In this document: piece after piece, positions 60,177 through 64,000 of the stretch | Layout: each line of letters opens with the position of its first letter | How positions within the stretch are numbered: position 1 is the stretch's first letter | Source: an uncultured Parachlamydiaceae bacterium | Lineage (GTDB): Bacteria; Chlamydiota; Chlamydiia; Chlamydiales; Parachlamydiaceae | Direction: 5' to 3' | DNA length: 64,000 nt | NCBI GenBank assembly: GCA_963742415.1 | Contig: CAVULX010000003.1 | Location: 416,001-480,000 of the forward strand | Translations under genes and position numbers: made by a program | Notes under the pieces: model-generated | The model's input: the letters and a program-made list of their open reading frames with translations, nothing else | What the model was told of the DNA's origin: nothing | Database searches by the model: none

Positions 60177-61006
60177 TGATTTTTCTCCAAAAATTCAATC
60201 GCATTTTTAAATAAAAAAAATCCTGAACCGTAGGTGTCGTTTTTTTTATTTTTTCGATCCCAAAGTTCTTTATTCCTTGTCCACTGGGGGTGATGTGTAG
60301 AAAAAAGGGCAGCCTCGGGATGGGCCATCATCCCCAAAATTCTTCCTGTTGAGTCGGAAATGCCTCCAATATTCTGTTGAGAACCATTGGGGTTGCAGGG
60401 ATAAGTTGAAGCAACTTTCCCATTTTCATCAGCATACTGCAGTACGATTTGCTTGCCATTGACCAGTTGTTTCAGGGTGGATTCATCTTTAACGATAAAC
60501 TTACCCTCTCCATGCCTTATGGGAAGATAAAGTTGATCAATTCCTTGAGTAAAAACGGAGGATGACGGGCATACACGGTGGTTGACCCACCGGTTTTCGA
60601 AACTCCCAGAATCATTAGCAGCAAGAGATACAGATTGGGAATGCGCATTGGATCCTGGGAGCAATCCAAGCTTGACAAGCATTTGAAAACCATTGCAAAT
60701 GCCTAGAATGCAATTTCCTCGGGCCACAAAATCGATTAAACGTTGTTTCAAAGAGGTCGGGGATGAAGAGCGGACATGCGAAATTTTATTGGCCAAAACT
60801 TTGGCGGCCCCAAGTTCATCACCAAATGAAAATCCTCCGGGAAAGAGGATAAGGCGATATTTTTCTAATGGAAAATGGTGATCGAAAAAATGGCGCACAT
60901 GCATTGTACACGTGTCGGCGCCTGCTATTTTGCATGCCAGCGCAAGCTCTCTTTCACAATTAATGCCGTATCCTGAAATGACGAGAGCTTTTACTTTAGC
61001 CATCAC
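60173..61006 (-). CDS. purQ: FGAM synthase glutaminase subunit
   Basis: GINCE, PGGFSFGD, GICNGFQ, HGEG, NPNGS, MAHPE. Confidence 0.95.
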   Translation of the reverse strand: MMAKVKALVISGYGINCERELALACKIAGADTCTMHVRHFFDHHFPLEKYRLILFPGGFSFGDELGAAKVLANKISHVRSSSPTSLKQRLIDFVARGNCILGICNGFQMLVKLGLLPGSNAHSQSVSLAANDSGSFENRWVNHRVCPSSSVFTQGIDQLYLPIRHGEGKFIVKDESTLKQLVNGKQIVLQYADENGKVASTYPCNPNGSQQNIGGISDSTGRILGMMAHPEAALFSTHHPQWTRNKELWDRKNKKNDTYGSGFFLFKNAIEFLEKNQ

Positions 61007-64000
61007 TCTCCCTCCGAAATACCAGGAAATTTGCTCAAAGGTCTCTGCCAGTTTGCTTTTAGTGCCCTGACCTCTTCATCAATTAAAAGCGAACCATTTA
61101 ACCCTTTTATTTTCAGATATTTATGTGGAGTCACTTCGCCAATCCTTTGACAAATACAGTTTCTCATGCAATCTTCGAAGGCTTTTTTCTTCAAAGGATT
61201 GGCAGTGACGAGAAGACGGCTGGCTGATTCAGAAAATAAAATTTCACCTTCTGAGATCGGATCCTCAACAGGAATTAAACTGAGGTCGACCGAGATTCCC
61301 AAATCTCCACCAAAGGCTTTTTCAGCTAAAGCCACGGCAATCCCTCCTTCAGAGCAATCATGACAAGAAGAAACCAAGTTTAGTTCCATCGCTTGGTGCA
61401 AAGCTTGATAGGATTTCTTTGCTTTTTTCGCTTCCACTTTGGGAACATTTCCACCCTTTAACCCTTTGATAGATGCATATTCAGAACCACCGCATTCATT
61501 CTTGGTAGCACCGATGATATAAACCCAATCCCCCGCAACCTTAACATCTGTTGAAACGATTTTTTCAAGGGAGTGGACTTTTCCGATAGCTGTGATTAAA
61601 AGAGTTGGGGGAATGGAGATTTTGATAGCATCCATTTTGTAATCATTCTTCATGCTATCTTTGCCTGAGATAATTGGTGTTTCGAATTCTTTGGAAAAAA
61701 AGTACAAGGATTTAACTGCTCGCACGAGCTGTGCCAGCTTGTATTTTCCGTCGGGTGTTTTGTGTTCATCGTAAATGGGATCTGGCCAGCAAAAATTATC
61801 TAGAATAGAAATGCTGGAGGGATCGCAACCCGAGGCGACCAGGTTGCGGATCGCTTCATCTAAAGCGTTCGCAGTCATGTGGTAAGTATCCAAGCTGCTA
61901 TAACGGGGGCAAATTCCATTTGAAATCCCGATTCCCGCCTTTTCGGTTTCTTCCCAAAATTCTGTAGGAAATAGAATGGCAGCGTCACTGGGAGCATCTT
62001 GATATATCCCTGTCAATGGCTTGAGGACGGTTCCTCCTTGGACTTCGTGGTCGTACTGCCGAATGATCCTTTCTTTGCTGCAAATGTTGTAACTGGATAA
62101 CAAAGCATGCAAATCAGGCCCATAATCCCTCTTTTGTTCTAGCCGCAATTCCTGCATTTTTGGAGTTTTCCATTCGGCTTGTAGACGCTGCTGGGGCAAT
62201 CCTCCATGCAAAAAATGAAGAGGGAGAAGGGCGACAGTTTTTTCGTTAAATAAAACATGAAAATTCCCGTCCCCTGTAAAAAGCCCAAGCACACAAAGTT
62301 CGACTTCATGCAAATCAGCAAGAGCTTGCAGCTGCTCGAGGTTTTCTGGAGCTGCTGCCAAGGTCATTCTTTCTTGGGATTCGCTCAGCAATATTTCCCA
62401 CGGCAATATCTGGGGATGTTTCAATAAAGCTTTATCGAGATGGATCTTGCACCCGTCAGAAAGTTGTGCCAGCTCACCAACTGAAGAGGAAAACCCTCCT
62501 GCACCATTGTCTGTGATAGCTCGATAGAGGTTTTGGTCCCTTGCTTCAAGCAAAAAATCCTGCATTTTTTTCTGTGTGAAAGGATCCCCAATTTGCACTG
62601 CGCTTAAGGGGCTTCCTGCGTGGAATTCTTCTGAAGAAAAGGTGGCCCCATGGATTCCATCCTTTCCGGTTCGTCCGCCTGCGATGACAATCAGATCGCC
62701 TGGATGAATGACTTTTAGATGTGTGGAGGCTCCACCGATGGTGGAGGGCATCAACCCCACAGATCCACAATAGACAAGCGGTTTACCCAGATAACCTTCA
62801 TCAAAAACGATAGCTCCATTCACTGTAGGAATGCCGCTTTTGTTACCCCCGTGTTCAACCCCTTTGCGAACGCCTTCAAAGATACGCTTGGGATGCATTA
62901 ATCTTTTGTAAAGGCTTTTTTTGTAATTGGGTGGAGCAAAGCAGAAAACATCTGTATTGGCAATCAATCTTGCTCCAAGGCCAGCGCCTAAAATATCTCT
63001 ATTGACTCCCAATATACCTGTCAGGGCCCCGCCATAAGGATCTAAAGCTGAAGGGCTATTATGTGTTTCAACCTTTACGGCGAGATTGTAATTTTTATTA
63101 AAGCGGATAATCCCTGCATTATCGGTGAAAACAGAAACTAGCCAATCCACCTTTTTGGACAGCTCTTCCGTTGCTTTTTGAATGTATGTCTTAAATAAAC
63201 TGTCAATCTCCTCTGTTTTACCATCTTCTGTATAGGTGATTTTAGCATTAAAAATTTTATGTTTACAATGCTCGCTCCAAGTTTGGGCAATGGCTTCTAA
63301 TTCTACATCAGTAGGGTTTGAAGGCAACCCGTAACGGGCCCGGCTTTGGGCTGTTGTTTGTAAAGAATAATAATCTCGGATGGTTTGCATTTCGGCTAAA
63401 TTTAAAGCGAGCTGCCGTTGTTTGCTTAGCTCCATCAAAGCGTGGTCAGGAAGTTGAATATCAATCACTTCGGCATTATGGGATTTTTCCCGAATAGAAC
63501 CTGATCTTTTCGGATGGCGCCTGTTAGTTAGAATAATTGGATGGGAAGAATGGGAAGTGATTTTTTGAATATGAATATCTTCGATAAGGCTATTGCCCAA
63601 TAAGTCGTGGGCTATCTTATGGACTTCCGAATCGGATAAAGCCCCCTGTAAAAGATATTGTGTGGCTGTATAAACGTCTTCATCTTCGCCAAAAAGAAGC
63701 CCTGTAAAATCTTCGATCGTCGTTTTAGCTGTATCGGCCGATGTATTTGTGATCCCTGGTTTCAAAGCGATTTCAATGATCCAGTTGTAATCTTTATAAA
63801 GATCTTCTAAGAACACGTTCTCTTCGAGGAGGGGATCGATTAAGGGCCCATGAGCGATGGCGAAGAGCTGCTGCTCAGAGAAAGGCTTGAAGATGTAATA
63901 AGCTTTGATGATTTTAACAGCTTCGACTTGAATTTGAAGAAATTCCCTTATGGTGGCTGCGAGTTTTTTGCTCGCGTGGTTGCCCGCTTCAGACTTGTGT
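61003..64000 (-). CDS. purL: FGAM synthase synthetase subunit with N-terminal PurS-like domains (5' end outside window)
   Basis: QTWSEHCKHK, KVETHNSPS, DGIHGA, DNGAGG, SESQERM, SGKDS; the frame stays open upstream of GTG 63816 to the window end (HKSEAGNHASKKLAATIREFL...). Confidence 0.95.
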   Translation of the reverse strand, partial: HKSEAGNHASKKLAATIREFLQIQVEAVKIIKAYYIFKPFSEQQLFAIAHGPLIDPLLEENVFLEDLYKDYNWIIEIALKPGITNTSADTAKTTIEDFTGLLFGEDEDVYTATQYLLQGALSDSEVHKIAHDLLGNSLIEDIHIQKITSHSSHPIILTNRRHPKRSGSIREKSHNAEVIDIQLPDHALMELSKQRQLALNLAEMQTIRDYYSLQTTAQSRARYGLPSNPTDVELEAIAQTWSEHCKHKIFNAKITYTEDGKTEEIDSLFKTYIQKATEELSKKVDWLVSVFTDNAGIIRFNKNYNLAVKVETHNSPSALDPYGGALTGILGVNRDILGAGLGARLIANTDVFCFAPPNYKKSLYKRLMHPKRIFEGVRKGVEHGGNKSGIPTVNGAIVFDEGYLGKPLVYCGSVGLMPSTIGGASTHLKVIHPGDLIVIAGGRTGKDGIHGATFSSEEFHAGSPLSAVQIGDPFTQKKMQDFLLEARDQNLYRAITDNGAGGFSSSVGELAQLSDGCKIHLDKALLKHPQILPWEILLSESQERMTLAAAPENLEQLQALADLHEVELCVLGLFTGDGNFHVLFNEKTVALLPLHFLHGGLPQQRLQAEWKTPKMQELRLEQKRDYGPDLHALLSSYNICSKERIIRQYDHEVQGGTVLKPLTGIYQDAPSDAAILFPTEFWEETEKAGIGISNGICPRYSSLDTYHMTANALDEAIRNLVASGCDPSSISILDNFCWPDPIYDEHKTPDGKYKLAQLVRAVKSLYFFSKEFETPIISGKDSMKNDYKMDAIKISIPPTLLITAIGKVHSLEKIVSTDVKVAGDWVYIIGATKNECGGSEYASIKGLKGGNVPKVEAKKAKKSYQALHQAMELNLVSSCHDCSEGGIAVALAEKAFGGDLGISVDLSLIPVEDPISEGEILFSESASRLLVTANPLKKKAFEDCMRNCICQRIGEVTPHKYLKIKGLNGSLLIDEEVRALKANWQRPLSKFPGISEGE

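Noticed and set aside
989-62901. Numerous short antisense or alternate-frame ORFs overlapping housekeeping genes (e.g. 5098-5466, 7301-7744, 13743-14195, 21532-21930, 24963-25493)
   Set aside because: Shadow ORFs of well-supported genes, with no independent RBS or motif evidence.
63816-64000. Separate purS gene or intergenic region upstream of purL
   Set aside because: The purL frame is open to the window end, so this is the N-terminal part of the same protein.

Overview
This window is chromosomal DNA from an environmental Chlamydiae bacterium (Parachlamydiaceae/Amoebachlamydiales-like). The assignment rests on chlamydial gene order (ptsN-ptsN-dut-accD-sod; thrS-parA-pGP6D-like; ung) and on eukaryote-like F-box and BTB protein families. 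Housekeeping genes are dnaB, gcvT-H-PA-PB, thrS, purB, tatAC, ung and ppa, plus a de novo purine operon (purL[partial]-purQ-purH-purCE-purD-purN-purF-guaA) that is unusual for this phylum. Candidate host-directed effectors are 2 F-box paralogues, 3 BTB/POZ paralogues, an IQ+PRTase-like protein and a sphingosine-1-phosphate-lyase-like enzyme. The main structural feature is a ~14 kb accessory region at tRNA-Pro(GGG). The tRNA is present only as two abutting halves (31021-31047 and 34221-34268), 3173 bp apart, with a decaying satellite-like integrative element (integrase, AlpA, replication protein, DUF5681) between them. A second island follows, carrying defence-type cargo and ending in a degenerate tRNA-Pro copy (45308-45381). 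That island holds a mosaic of short patches copied from neighbouring genes next to two perfect 38-bp palindromes in dinD fragments. No CRISPR array or rRNA was seen. All family assignments are from motif recognition, not database searches.
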